From a virus (Duplodnaviria > Caudoviricetes), in IMG/VR virus record IMGVR_UViG_3300048080_000413, positions 1 to 40,111 of that record: DNA of 40,111 nucleotides; one strand, written 5' to 3'. A model generated the notes under the pieces. It did not search any database, was not told the origin of the DNA, and worked only from the letters and a program-made list of their open reading frames with translations. The first letter of the stretch is position 1. Each line of letters starts with the position of its first letter. This document shows, one piece after another, positions 24,020-33,217 of the stretch. The position numbers and the translations under genes were made by a program.

Positions 24020-24615
24020 AGGGGTACCGCCGACACCTGGCGATCGACCTCGACGACGTGGTCCTCGACCTGACCGGGGGCGTGGCGCGCACCGTCGCGC
24101 GCGAGCACGATGTCCCGTTGCCGGTCTTCGACAACTGGAACATGGACCTGGTGCTGAAGCCCATCCTGGGGATGCCCTGGATGAAGTGGATGCGGAAGAA
24201 GGACTGGCTCTGGGCCACCTTCCCCGCCATCGACGGGGCGATCGGCGGCCTGGAGGTGCTGCGACAGCGCGGCTACTACTTGGAGTGCGTCACGAGCAAG
24301 CCGGAGTGGGCCGAGCCCCAGGTCTGGAAGTGGCTCGGGCTCTGGCGCCCGGCCTTCCATCGGGTCACCATCATGAGCGACGGCGTCCGCAAGGTGGACG
24401 TGACCGACGCCGACCTGCTGATCGACGACAAGCCTGAGAACTGCCTGGGGTTCCTCGACGAGGGGCGCCGGGCAGTGCTGTTTACCAGGCCGCACAACAA
24501 GGGCGTCCGGCTCGGCGACCACACGATTCATGTAGCCCCGGCGATACGCGCGGACTCCTGGTCTGGTATCCTGGAGGCTGTTGAAAGAACGTTCCCCGAA
24601 GTGAGGTACCCATGA
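24016..24615 (+). CDS. HAD-family 5'(3')-deoxyribonucleotidase (NT5C-like)
   Basis: IDLDDVV, VTS, K...LIDDKPEN, PHN. Confidence 0.85.
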   Translation: MKGYRRHLAIDLDDVVLDLTGGVARTVAREHDVPLPVFDNWNMDLVLKPILGMPWMKWMRKKDWLWATFPAIDGAIGGLEVLRQRGYYLECVTSKPEWAEPQVWKWLGLWRPAFHRVTIMSDGVRKVDVTDADLLIDDKPENCLGFLDEGRRAVLFTRPHNKGVRLGDHTIHVAPAIRADSWSGILEAVERTFPEVRYP

Positions 24616-24803
24616 TCCAGACACCCCACGGCGAGCCCCTCGCTGCGCCTCGGCCGCGCATCGACGAGTCGAAGAGCACGCCTTACCACTGCGCCGTGTG
24701 CGCGCCGACCGAGAACTTCTACGGCATCCTCCGCTTCGAGGGTGCCCCGGTCCCGCGCTGCCCCAACCACGAGACGCCCATCGACCTGGTGCCTGCCCGA
24801 TGA
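24612..24803 (+). CDS. Zinc-ribbon microprotein (63 aa)
   Basis: CAVC...CPNH. Confidence 0.55.
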   Translation: MIQTPHGEPLAAPRPRIDESKSTPYHCAVCAPTENFYGILRFEGAPVPRCPNHETPIDLVPAR

Positions 24804-25042
24804 AGTGCCAGGCCGAGGTTCGCCGCCTCGTCCGTAGCGGCGGGTTTGGGAACCGATCCGGCAGCCGGCAGACGAACGAGTACGAGTTCGTCCGGTGCAG
24901 CAGGGAGGCTACCTCGATCCCGGTGAAGATGTACCCGCCGCGAGACGCTGTCCAATCCATGCACTCGGTCACCGGCCGAGTCTGTGGGCAGCATGGTCGC
25001 CAGTGGCTGCCACGCGCAGCGTTCGGGGCGGGTGCCGAGTGA
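24800..25042 (+). CDS. Hypothetical Cys-containing protein (80 aa)
   Basis: ATGA overlap; C...C...CGQH. Confidence 0.5.
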   Translation: MKCQAEVRRLVRSGGFGNRSGSRQTNEYEFVRCSREATSIPVKMYPPRDAVQSMHSVTGRVCGQHGRQWLPRAAFGAGAE

Positions 25043-25809
25043 ACGAGGCGAAGGATCGAGTCGTCACCAAGGCGGTCGACGAGCACGTCGACGCCCTGGA
25101 GGAGGAGCGCCTTCCCGATGGCAAGTGGCACCCCTCCTCCTTCTGGACCTGCACCCGAGCGGCCGTGATGGGCCATCGTGGCCTGCCGGTCACCAACAAG
25201 CCGGATGCCCAGAACAAGCGAGTCTTCCGCATCGGGCACATGTATCACGCCTTCGTGCAGCAGGCGCTCGGCCTGAGCCCCGACTTCAAGGCGGTGTACG
25301 CCGAGTTCGGGATCGAGATCGGGGAGTGGGGCGTGAAGGGCAACGGCGACGTGCTGGTGCTCTTCGAGGACGGCCACTGGGAAGTCTTCGAGATCAAGTC
25401 GACGAAGAGCCTGAAGTACACGCCGAAGGACGACCACCGGAAGCAGGCCTCGGTGTACTTCACCGCGGCCCGTGACTTCGGGTTCGAGGCCCTCGACGTC
25501 GAGGGGCAGCCGGCCCCGTTCCCCCCTCTCGGCGACAAGTTGACCGCCATCCGCCTGATCTACCTGAACAAGGCGGACCTGGAGATGAAGGAGTACGTCT
25601 ACGAGTACGACCCGCAGTGGCGCGTCGACATCGAGGAGCGGCTCGCCTATCTCCAGGCACAGGCGGACAAGCCTGTCGAGGAGTTGCCCCTGCTGGACCT
25701 GAAGGATCGGTCCGTCGCCTGGTTCGCCGACTACTGCCCGTACAAGGGCAGCGGCGACTGCTGCGGCGACCCCAAGGGTGGGTGGGACGAGCAGGTGCTC
25801 TCGTGGTAG
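25039..25809 (+). CDS. Cas4-like PD-(D/E)xK exonuclease
   Basis: HPSS...C.R, GD, EIKS, Q...Y and C-terminal CPY...C. Confidence 0.8.
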   Translation: MNEAKDRVVTKAVDEHVDALEEERLPDGKWHPSSFWTCTRAAVMGHRGLPVTNKPDAQNKRVFRIGHMYHAFVQQALGLSPDFKAVYAEFGIEIGEWGVKGNGDVLVLFEDGHWEVFEIKSTKSLKYTPKDDHRKQASVYFTAARDFGFEALDVEGQPAPFPPLGDKLTAIRLIYLNKADLEMKEYVYEYDPQWRVDIEERLAYLQAQADKPVEELPLLDLKDRSVAWFADYCPYKGSGDCCGDPKGGWDEQVLSW

Positions 25810-25811
25810 AG

Positions 25812-25925
25812 GTGCGGATGCTGGCCGAGGCCCTCTGGGTCTTCGCCATGGTCGACCTCACCCTGATCCGGCTCGGCCGGCGACGGCTCATGGATCGGCT
25901 ACCGAAGGGAGACTGGGTGCTGTGA
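25812..25925 (+). CDS. Small hydrophobic peptide
   Basis: Fills gap between genes; GTGA overlap downstream; start uncertain. Confidence 0.35.
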   Translation: MRMLAEALWVFAMVDLTLIRLGRRRLMDRLPKGDWVL

Positions 25926-26176
25926 GCATCATTCAGCGTATCGCCAAGCGCCTGTCGCCGAGGCCTGACGCCAAGGCGGAGGAGCGGGAGGCCAAGAGGC
26001 TGGAGGCCTCGATCGGATTCAAGACGAAGACAGCAACGCGGATCAACCGCGCGCAGCGACGAGCCCTGGGCATGACCCGGGCCTTCACCGAGGCCGGCGG
26101 TCGCTCCGGTTGGATCGTGAACCCGGGCTCTCGGGCCCGTGCAGCAGAGGAGAAGAGACGTGGTCAAGAAGGCTGA
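25922..26176 (+). CDS. Basic hypothetical protein (84 aa)
   Basis: GTG start with GGAG RBS; NRAQRRA motif. Confidence 0.5.
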   Translation: MSIIQRIAKRLSPRPDAKAEEREAKRLEASIGFKTKTATRINRAQRRALGMTRAFTEAGGRSGWIVNPGSRARAAEEKRRGQEG

Positions 26177-26996
26177 TCCGGTGCTGGCGGAGTCGACCGC
26201 CACCACCCTGAAAGGGAAGATCATCGAGGCCGGCCTGGAGGTCGGCATCATCGGCAAGAGCGGGAAGAACGAGGCGCAGAACTACAAGTTCACCTCCGAG
26301 GCAGACGTCGTGATGAAGGTGGGCCCGGCCCTCTTCCGCCGCGGCGTGCTGGTCACCCCCGTCCACACGATCCAGTCGATCCTGCCGTACATGAGCGGCA
26401 AGGAGAACAACAAGCAGGCTTTCCTGACCACCATCGAGTCGATGTGGTCGTTCGCCACCGAGGACGAGGAGATCGTCGTCGGCACCCTGGGCCAGGGAAC
26501 GGACACCGGCGGGGACAAGGGCGTCTACAAGGCCATGACCGGCTCGAAGAAGTACGCCCTGCTCCAGGCCCTGATGATCGCCACCGGCGACGACCCGGAG
26601 GTCGCGCGGTCCGACGAGAAGGACGCCGGCGAGGGGTCGGAGTTCGGCACCAACGAGCAGGACCCCGAGGGCAAGCCGACCGAGAAGCAGATCAGGAAGT
26701 TGTTCGGGGACGCCAAGCGGGCCGGGCTCGCCGGACCCCAGGTGGCCGCCTTCGTGAAGCAGATCACCGGCAAGTTCTCGTCGAAGCAGTTGAAGGTGAA
26801 GGACATGCAGGGGCTCTACGACACCCTGGCGACGATGATCGCCACCGGTGGCGGCACTCTGGTGGACAGCCCGCACCCGCTCCCCGAGAACGGCGAGGTC
26901 CAGGGCCCGGCCGTGACTGCCGAGGCGGACGCGAAGCCCACCTCCGAGGAGAACCACAAGGCCGCAGGCCTGGATGACGAGGAGGCAGCCAAGTGA
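26160..26996 (+). CDS. ERF-family single-strand annealing recombinase
   Basis: GKN..QNYKF and G.G.D.GGDKGVYKAMTG.KKYAL......TGDDPE; GAGGAG RBS before GTG at 26160. Confidence 0.85.
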   Translation: MVKKADPVLAESTATTLKGKIIEAGLEVGIIGKSGKNEAQNYKFTSEADVVMKVGPALFRRGVLVTPVHTIQSILPYMSGKENNKQAFLTTIESMWSFATEDEEIVVGTLGQGTDTGGDKGVYKAMTGSKKYALLQALMIATGDDPEVARSDEKDAGEGSEFGTNEQDPEGKPTEKQIRKLFGDAKRAGLAGPQVAAFVKQITGKFSSKQLKVKDMQGLYDTLATMIATGGGTLVDSPHPLPENGEVQGPAVTAEADAKPTSEENHKAAGLDDEEAAK

Positions 26997-27202
26997 GCGT
27001 CACCACCACGACCAAGATCGCGGGCCGTCGCGTGAGCCGCGACGAGGCGGGCCAGATCGCGACGAAGATCGCCACCCTTCTGGAGAAGGTGGATTCGTAT
27101 GGCACCGCCAGCATCGACGTCTCGATGACGGCCCAGTGGAGGCGATACGGGTCGAGCGCAGCGGACAAGGTGGACGCGACCGTCCGCATCGTGACCGGCT
27201 GA
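26993..27202 (+). CDS. Hypothetical protein (69 aa)
   Basis: GGAGG RBS; overlaps both neighbours. Confidence 0.55.
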   Translation: MSVTTTTKIAGRRVSRDEAGQIATKIATLLEKVDSYGTASIDVSMTAQWRRYGSSAADKVDATVRIVTG

Positions 27203-27741
27203 TGACCTTCTCGATCATCTGGAGGGTACGCCACAGCCCGGAGTATCCGGGCGTGATCGAGTTGACCGTCAACGAGCCGGCGGCCATGGCTCTGGTGCTC
27301 GCCATGTCGAAGGAGCACTACTCCTCGTCGTGCGGAACCCTGGCCTCGCTGGCTTCCGGCATCACGGAATCCACCCTGGGAACCCTCCTGTCCAGCATCT
27401 CCGGGATCAAGCGCAACTCGAACGAGGGGCGCACGTTCCGGGAGCGGGCACACGGCATCCTGAAGGAGATGGTGGGCGAGGGTCACCTGGCCGGCCGAGT
27501 CCCGCCGAAGATGAACAAGTCTCAGGAGGACGGGGTCGACCTGATCTCCGTGGACCTCACGCCCCTCGAACTCTCGGCCTTCGCCGTGGACTGCGAGGAC
27601 ACGATGGACCGGGTGCCCAGGTCGACCGCCGACCTGATGCGGCACATCGCCGGCGAGGCGGATGCGATCCTGACTTCAGCCCAGAAGATGGCTGCCGCCC
27701 TCTCGGAGGACGAGCCGGTGAACCATGACCGTAGCCAGTAG
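27202..27741 (+). CDS. Hypothetical protein (179 aa)
   Basis: Start MTFSII at TGATG overlap. Confidence 0.6.
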   Translation: MTFSIIWRVRHSPEYPGVIELTVNEPAAMALVLAMSKEHYSSSCGTLASLASGITESTLGTLLSSISGIKRNSNEGRTFRERAHGILKEMVGEGHLAGRVPPKMNKSQEDGVDLISVDLTPLELSAFAVDCEDTMDRVPRSTADLMRHIAGEADAILTSAQKMAAALSEDEPVNHDRSQ

Positions 27742-29056
27742 CCCGCGCGCTCTCGACACCTCCGAGGCGGAGGCCGCGGTCGTCTCCCGGCTGCTGCTCG
27801 ATCCGAAGCAGATGCCCCTGGTCGCCTTCCTCACCGCCGAGGACTTCAGTGTCCAGGCCTGGGGCGAGGCGTACCAGGGCATCGTCACACTGGAGCAGGA
27901 CAAGAAGCCCATCGACCTGATCCACCTGCGTGCCATCGGTGTCGACCTCGACGTCCTCGACCTGCCGGCGATGGCGAACGCCCCGCTGGAGGAGTACGGG
28001 AAGTTGATCCAGACCGGCGCACTCCGCCGGCGGGTGATCCACGCAGCCCAGGGGATCATCGAGCAGGCTCGGGACAGCGACGTCGATCCGATCGTCGCGA
28101 TCAACGAGGCCTTCTCGGCGATCGTCCGGGACACGGCGGATGACGAACTCGTGTCCGCCACCCGTGCCAGCGCCGACTACCTTGGCACCCTCAACGCCCG
28201 GCGCCTGGGCGGATCGACCGGCCTGACCTTCGGCATCCCCGGCATGGACGACCACGTGCTGCCGGCCGCAGCCGGTGAGATGATCGTCATCGCGGCGCGC
28301 CCCGGCGTGGGGAAGACGGTCATGGCGGAGAACATCATCGACCACATCCTGGGGTTCGGGAAGGGGACCGTCGTCTTCGCCTCCCTGGAGATGACCCGGG
28401 ACCAGTTGCACGATCGCGCAGTCTCGCGCGCCACCTCGATCCCCGTCGGCCGGCTGACGACCGGGTCCCTGGAGATCGGCGAGTGGGAGCGCGTGTTCAC
28501 CGCGGCCGAGGACCTCGGCAAGCGGGACATCTACTACGCCGACGACCCGTACATGACCACCGGGAAACTCCGGGCGGCGTGCAGCAAGGCGCAGTTGCAG
28601 TCCGGCGGCCACCTGGTAGCCATCGTGGTCGACTACCTCCAACTCCTGAAGGACAAGCAGGGTGGGGACAGCGAGGTCACCCGTGTCACGAGCATCAGCC
28701 ACGCGCTGAAGGCACTGGCCCGCTCCTTCAACGTCCCTCTCTTCGCGGTCGTCCAGTTGAGCCGTGCCGGCGCTGACGTCGATCCGAAACTCCAGCACCT
28801 CCGCGACTCGGGCGCGATCGAGCAGGATGCTGATGTAGTGGTGGGGCTACGCCGCGACCTCGAATCTGCTAGGATGAGGGTCGCAGTCCTGAAGCAGCGG
28901 CAGGGCCGGCTCTCTCACTTCTGGGTCCGCTACGACGGCAACTCATGCACGTTCCACGCACCACCGGCAGACTTCGATCCCATGATCCAGGCGGGGATGA
29001 CCCCGCCGGCGGACCCGGCGCCACCGGACGAAGACGACGAGGACCTCATCTACTAA
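27725..29056 (+). CDS. dnaB: DnaB-like replicative helicase
   Basis: EAEAAV N-domain, ARPGVGKT, SLEM, VDYLQL, QLSR, LRDSGAIEQDAD, KQRQG. Confidence 0.95.
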   Translation: MTVASSPRALDTSEAEAAVVSRLLLDPKQMPLVAFLTAEDFSVQAWGEAYQGIVTLEQDKKPIDLIHLRAIGVDLDVLDLPAMANAPLEEYGKLIQTGALRRRVIHAAQGIIEQARDSDVDPIVAINEAFSAIVRDTADDELVSATRASADYLGTLNARRLGGSTGLTFGIPGMDDHVLPAAAGEMIVIAARPGVGKTVMAENIIDHILGFGKGTVVFASLEMTRDQLHDRAVSRATSIPVGRLTTGSLEIGEWERVFTAAEDLGKRDIYYADDPYMTTGKLRAACSKAQLQSGGHLVAIVVDYLQLLKDKQGGDSEVTRVTSISHALKALARSFNVPLFAVVQLSRAGADVDPKLQHLRDSGAIEQDADVVVGLRRDLESARMRVAVLKQRQGRLSHFWVRYDGNSCTFHAPPADFDPMIQAGMTPPADPAPPDEDDEDLIY

Positions 29057-29442
29057 TGGCCGGACGATTGACAGATGACGAGCGCGCCGATCGGAAGATG
29101 TCCGAGAAGACGCTCAACGCCCGCGTCCTGTACCGGGCGAAGAAGTACGGCTGGCGGGTGGTTCGCATCCAGCGGTCCATGGTTGGCGGGCCCCAGGGCT
29201 CGTTTCGCACCGGCACGGTGAAGGGGTTCCCCGACCTCGTGCTCTTCAAGCCCCTCGGACCAACCTTCCACGAGGAAGGCGGCATCCTCTTCCGGGAACT
29301 GAAGAAGGAACTCGGCAAACTCGATCCTGAACAAGAAGCCTGGCGCGATCTGATCCGCAGCGCCGGTGGAGACTGGGGCCTGTGGCGCCCCTCGGACCTG
29401 CGGACCAACCTGAAGAACAGAAGGAGACTCAACCGTGGCTGA
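29056..29442 (+). CDS. VRR-NUC domain nuclease
   Basis: MSEK.L, GFPDL, ELK...GKL..EQ..W, WRPSD. Confidence 0.85.
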   Translation: MAGRLTDDERADRKMSEKTLNARVLYRAKKYGWRVVRIQRSMVGGPQGSFRTGTVKGFPDLVLFKPLGPTFHEEGGILFRELKKELGKLDPEQEAWRDLIRSAGGDWGLWRPSDLRTNLKNRRRLNRG

Positions 29443-29824
29443 CGCGAAGAAGACTCTCGGGCACATCATCGGCAACCTGGGCAAGGACCCAGTCAAGAAG
29501 TACGTCGACTCCCTGGAGAAGGACGTCGTCGAGTTGAGCGTGGCCGTGACCATGTCCTACGGCGACGAAGGCGAGACCCGTTGGGTCAAGGTCGCCGTCT
29601 GGAACGAGGGCCTGATCGACCAGGTCATGTCCCTGAAGAAGGGCTCGAAGGTGGCAGCCGAGGGCGTCATCAAGGTCGAGGCCTACGAGGGCAAGGCCCA
29701 GTACAGCATGAACGCCTCCCGGATCGGTACCTGGAAGCCGTTCGAGAAGAGCAAGTCGGACGCGCCGGCGAAGCCCAAGGCTGCCGCTGAGACGGACGAC
29801 GACGGGGTGCCTCTGACGTGGTAG
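29435..29824 (+). CDS. ssb: Single-stranded DNA-binding protein
   Basis: IIGNLGKDP...T.WVKVAVW...LKKGSKV..EG; acidic tail ending in W. Confidence 0.88.
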   Translation: MADAKKTLGHIIGNLGKDPVKKYVDSLEKDVVELSVAVTMSYGDEGETRWVKVAVWNEGLIDQVMSLKKGSKVAAEGVIKVEAYEGKAQYSMNASRIGTWKPFEKSKSDAPAKPKAAAETDDDGVPLTW

Positions 29825-30090
29825 AGGTGGATGCCGACGAGGTCCGGACCTCGAAGAGGCCTGCGTATGGGGGCGAGGCCGCAGCGGCCCGCCTCCGGTA
29901 TGCCCACATGCGCCACGTTCACCACGACGACGTCTCCTGCGCGGTGGCCGGCGACTCCGGCCACAGGCCTTACCTCTCGACCGCCCTGGCTGGTATGGAC
30001 ACGACGCCCGACGGCTCGTGCTCGCACCCGGCCACCTACATCTCCCGCATCTGCGTCTCGTGCAGTACGGTGATGGAGGTCGAGGGTTGA
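29818..30090 (+). CDS. Hypothetical His/Cys-rich protein (90 aa)
   Basis: CSH...CVSC; overlaps neighbours. Confidence 0.45.
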   Translation: MVEVDADEVRTSKRPAYGGEAAAARLRYAHMRHVHHDDVSCAVAGDSGHRPYLSTALAGMDTTPDGSCSHPATYISRICVSCSTVMEVEG

Positions 30091-31019
30091 GCGACCTGCT
30101 CGACACCCTCTGGGCCGGGCACACGGGCTTCGGCGAACTGCGCCTCATCAAGAACGGCGTGGTCAACCAGTCCTGGATTCCCCTGCCGATCGACGACATG
30201 TACCTGCTCGACGACGAGGTCCTCAACCGGGACGTCGACGGGTGGGACGTGTACTTCGGCGTGCTCCCGCGCGTCTCGATGGAGGGGAAGACGGCCAACG
30301 TGGTCAACGAGACGTCCGTTCTCTGGGCGGACTTCGACGCCAAGGTGTATCCGGGCGGTGCCAAGGCGCAGGCCTTCTACGCCCTGGGCAAGGTGACCCC
30401 GGCCCCGCACATCATCGTCGACTCGGGCCACGGGTACCACGCCTACTGGCTCCTGGCGAGCCCGATCTCCTTCACCTGGGCGGCCCGGATCATGAAAGGG
30501 ATCGCCATGGCGACGGGCGCCGACCGTGTCTACGACCAGGCGCGCATCCTCCGTGTGCCCGGGACGCACAACCACAAAGACGCTGACCCCTCGCTAGTGC
30601 GCGTGCTCCGGTTCGACATCCTCTCGCCGCGGTATGCGAGCGAGGACTTCAGCGACTACACCTTCCGGGTCGACCGGGAGGAGGAGGCCAACGAGTTCCG
30701 CCAGGAGAAGAAGCGGGAGGCTCGCGCCGCCGAGGGGGGCGGGCGCAAGGACTGGAGTGACCTCCCTGGCTGGCTGGTGAAACTCATCACGTCGGGCCGC
30801 GACACGGCGCCGGACGGCCAGGTCATCCACGACCGATCCGTCCTCTGCTTCAAGGTGTGCGCCAGGCTAATCGAGGCCGGCTGGAGCGACGAGGAGATCG
30901 AGGACGTGTTCCTCTCCTACCCCGAGGGGATCGGGGAGAAGATGGCAGAGAAAGGAGTCCGAGGGAAGCGATGGCTGGAGACGACGCTCGAAGCGGCGCA
31001 TCGGTCGACCGGACTGTAG
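30087..31019 (+). CDS. RepB-type (AEP superfamily) DNA primase
   Basis: LWADFD, DSGHGYHAYW, D.ARILRVPGT.NHK, C-terminal DRS helical domain; TTGA overlap. Confidence 0.85.
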   Translation: MSDLLDTLWAGHTGFGELRLIKNGVVNQSWIPLPIDDMYLLDDEVLNRDVDGWDVYFGVLPRVSMEGKTANVVNETSVLWADFDAKVYPGGAKAQAFYALGKVTPAPHIIVDSGHGYHAYWLLASPISFTWAARIMKGIAMATGADRVYDQARILRVPGTHNHKDADPSLVRVLRFDILSPRYASEDFSDYTFRVDREEEANEFRQEKKREARAAEGGGRKDWSDLPGWLVKLITSGRDTAPDGQVIHDRSVLCFKVCARLIEAGWSDEEIEDVFLSYPEGIGEKMAEKGVRGKRWLETTLEAAHRSTGL

Positions 31020-31270
31020 GCGGGCGCTTGCAGGGGTACACCGACGAGGCTCTGCTCGCCACCTGGCGCAGCACGGCGCGGGCCCTGGCCGAGGCCAAGG
31101 TTCAGTACGCCTCGGAGTACCTGCGCGCTAAGATCAGGGGGGAGTCCGACGGGACCGCCCACCAGATCGCGACCGAGACCACCAAGGCGGCCGTCGTCCA
31201 GGGTGAGGCCGACCTGAAGATCATCGAAGCCATCTGGTACGCCAGGGGCAGGAAGGACCCACTCGCATGA
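30971..31270 (+). CDS. Hypothetical helical protein
   Basis: GC3-rich codons; ATGA overlap downstream; start uncertain. Confidence 0.5.
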   Translation: MAGDDARSGASVDRTVGGRLQGYTDEALLATWRSTARALAEAKVQYASEYLRAKIRGESDGTAHQIATETTKAAVVQGEADLKIIEAIWYARGRKDPLA

Positions 31271-31835
31271 TCGAGTTCACGCCGTTCCCGAAGGTCGCCC
31301 GGCTCAACCGGAACATCATCATCACCGAGAAGATCGACGGCACCAACGCCGCGGTCGGCGTCACCGAGGAGGGGCAGGTCTACGCCCAGTCTCGGACCCG
31401 GCTCATCACGCCGGACCAGGACAACTTCGGTTTCGCCAGGTGGGTGCAGGAACACGCCGAGGCGTTGGCGGCCTTCCTGGGGGTCGGTGTCCACTTCGGC
31501 GAATGGTGGGGCCTCGGCATCCAGCGCGGGTACGGGCTCGATCACAAGAGGTTCTCCCTCTTCAACAGCGCCCGGTGGGGCGAAGCCCTCTGGGCCCCGT
31601 CTGTTCCCGTGGAACCGAAGGAACTCGACGTGGTGCCGGTCCTGTACCAGGGCCCCTTCGATCAGGGCGCCATCCAGGACAGCCTCGCCATGCTGCGGGA
31701 CGATGGGTCCCGGGCGGCGCCCGGGTTCATGGACCACGCGAGGGCGTGGTCGTCTACCTGACTGCCGCCCGCACCATGTTCAAGGTCACCGTGAAGAACG
31801 ACGAGAAGCCCAAGGGCTCGCAGGAGGAATCATGA
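31267..31835 (+). pseudogene. Rnl2-like RNA ligase, split by a -1 frameshift near 31738 (real or assembly error)
   Basis: Motif I TEKIDGTN, FGEWWG and F.LF in one frame; motif IV EGVVV and MFKVT...K in the -1 frame from 31740. Confidence 0.75.
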
Positions 31836-32050
31836 CGCAACGATTCGGCGACATCAAGGAGGGGGAGGAATACTCCATCATCAACCCCGCCGGCCCCGAG
31901 CCGGAGCGACCCAGTGCCCCCGCTCGGGTGGCCTCTACGATCCGCAGGACCGTAGCCGAGGGCTCCCGGAAGAACGCCACCCTGGCCGCCTTCGTGGCCG
32001 GGCTCCTGACCGGCAGCACGCTGACGATCGTGAGCGGGCTGCTCCGATGA
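31832..32050 (+). CDS. Small protein with C-terminal transmembrane helix (72 aa)
   Basis: AGGAGG RBS; hydrophobic C-terminus. Confidence 0.6.
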   Translation: MTQRFGDIKEGEEYSIINPAGPEPERPSAPARVASTIRRTVAEGSRKNATLAAFVAGLLTGSTLTIVSGLLR

Positions 32051-32361
32051 TGCACGAGGCGGTGCCCGAGGCACGCTGGCTGGTTGGCCGGGCGCTCGGG
32101 TACATCACCCGCGATCAGGACCTGGAGTGGGTCCGCCGCGCGGTGGAGTTCTACGAGGGGCTGCCAGCGAAGTACGAGGAGCCTGGTGCCAAGATCGGAC
32201 TGCGGGTGGCTCTTCCCCAGGGGATTCGAGTTCACACCGACAGCGACTTCCACCTCGACGGGGGCTCCTGCCTCTACTTCGGGTACCGTCCGTTCACCGA
32301 GGTGCCCCTGATACACGCCCTCGAACGAGCCATCTACGCCATCCGCATGGGACCCCGATGA
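32047..32361 (+). CDS. Hypothetical protein (104 aa)
   Basis: ATGA overlaps on both sides. Confidence 0.55.
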   Translation: MMHEAVPEARWLVGRALGYITRDQDLEWVRRAVEFYEGLPAKYEEPGAKIGLRVALPQGIRVHTDSDFHLDGGSCLYFGYRPFTEVPLIHALERAIYAIRMGPR

Positions 32362-32669
32362 GCGTCCCGATCCTCAACAAGAGGTTCGACGACATCCCGG
32401 AGGGGGCGGTCTACATAGGCCGCCCTTCGCCTTGGGGCAACCCGTACACCCACCTGTCCTCCAGCCTGGAGGGAACGTACTCGGTGGACACCCGCGAGGA
32501 GGCGGTCGAGGCCTTCCGCGGCTACGCGAAGCGGCGCCTGGCGACCGAGCCCGAATGGCTGGAGCCCTTGCGGTACGCCACCGCCCTCGTGTGCTGGTGC
32601 GCGCCCCAGTCCTGCCATGGCCAGATCATCATGGAACTGATGGCCGTCATCCAGGACCGAGGGCTCTGA
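32358..32669 (+). CDS. DUF4326 family protein
   Basis: VYIGRPSPWGNPY...LVCWCAP..CHG. Confidence 0.88.
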   Translation: MSVPILNKRFDDIPEGAVYIGRPSPWGNPYTHLSSSLEGTYSVDTREEAVEAFRGYAKRRLATEPEWLEPLRYATALVCWCAPQSCHGQIIMELMAVIQDRGL

Positions 32670-33070
32670 TGCCGGCCCTGAAGAAGGACGGCACGCCGAG
32701 GAAGACGCCGGTCCGCAGGCCGGTCGTCCCCCTTTGGCAGAAGCAGCCGATCCCCCACAACGACCAGGGCTACGAGCAACCTCCGGGCACGGACGTCTGG
32801 TGGTGCGTCGGGTGCGGCGCCAGGTACTGCTTCCGCCGGGTGATCCCTGGCAAGCGGGGCGGCCCGCACCAGCGGCTGATCGACCGACGGTACGGCATCT
32901 ACTCCTGCTGGCGGGCCCTGAAGGAGATCACCAAGGTGAAGCGGAAGGTGGTCGAAGGGAAGAGGTACCACGAGAAGGGAGCGAGGGTGATCCTGGCCGC
33001 CGACGGAGCGCCGGTCCCCGGCCAGCCTGACCAGGACCCGGAACTGCTTGCCATGCTCAAACTCGCGTAG
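32669..33070 (+). CDS. Basic hypothetical protein with CxxC (133 aa)
   Basis: TGATG overlap; WCVGC. Confidence 0.55.
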   Translation: MPALKKDGTPRKTPVRRPVVPLWQKQPIPHNDQGYEQPPGTDVWWCVGCGARYCFRRVIPGKRGGPHQRLIDRRYGIYSCWRALKEITKVKRKVVEGKRYHEKGARVILAADGAPVPGQPDQDPELLAMLKLA

Positions 33071-33098
33071 CCCACGGCGTACATGGTGCCGGCAAACC

Positions 33099-33107
33099 TG
33101 CTATCAT
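33099..33107 (+). promoter_or_regulatory. Extended -10 promoter upstream of tRNA-His
   Basis: TGcTATCAT a few nt upstream of the tRNA 5' end. Confidence 0.45.
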
Positions 33108-33114
33108 AGGAGAT

Positions 33115-33189
33115 CAAGGGTAAGTGTTGCCGGTGGCACACCGGGTTGTGGCCCCGGCAGGGCAGGTTCGAGGCCTGCACCCTTGACCA
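33115..33189 (+). tRNA. tRNA-His(GUG), atypical
   Basis: CAAGGGU/ACCCUUG acceptor, D-stem GUGU/GCAC, anticodon arm CCGGG-UUGUGGC-CCCGG, T-arm GCAGG-UUCGAGG-CCUGC, A73 and encoded CCA; 75 nt. Confidence 0.8.
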
Positions 33190-33217
33190 TCGGAACTGGA
33201 AGCACAGAGGAGAACCC

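Noticed and set aside
25039-25809. Cas4-like gene as sign of a CRISPR-Cas system
   Set aside because: No repeat-spacer array or other cas genes; it lies near ERF as a normal exonuclease-recombinase module.
33146-33217. N-terminal extension of the 227-aa ORF in the track
   Set aside because: Overlaps the tRNA-His; TTG at 33218 has a strong RBS and gives a proper signal peptide.
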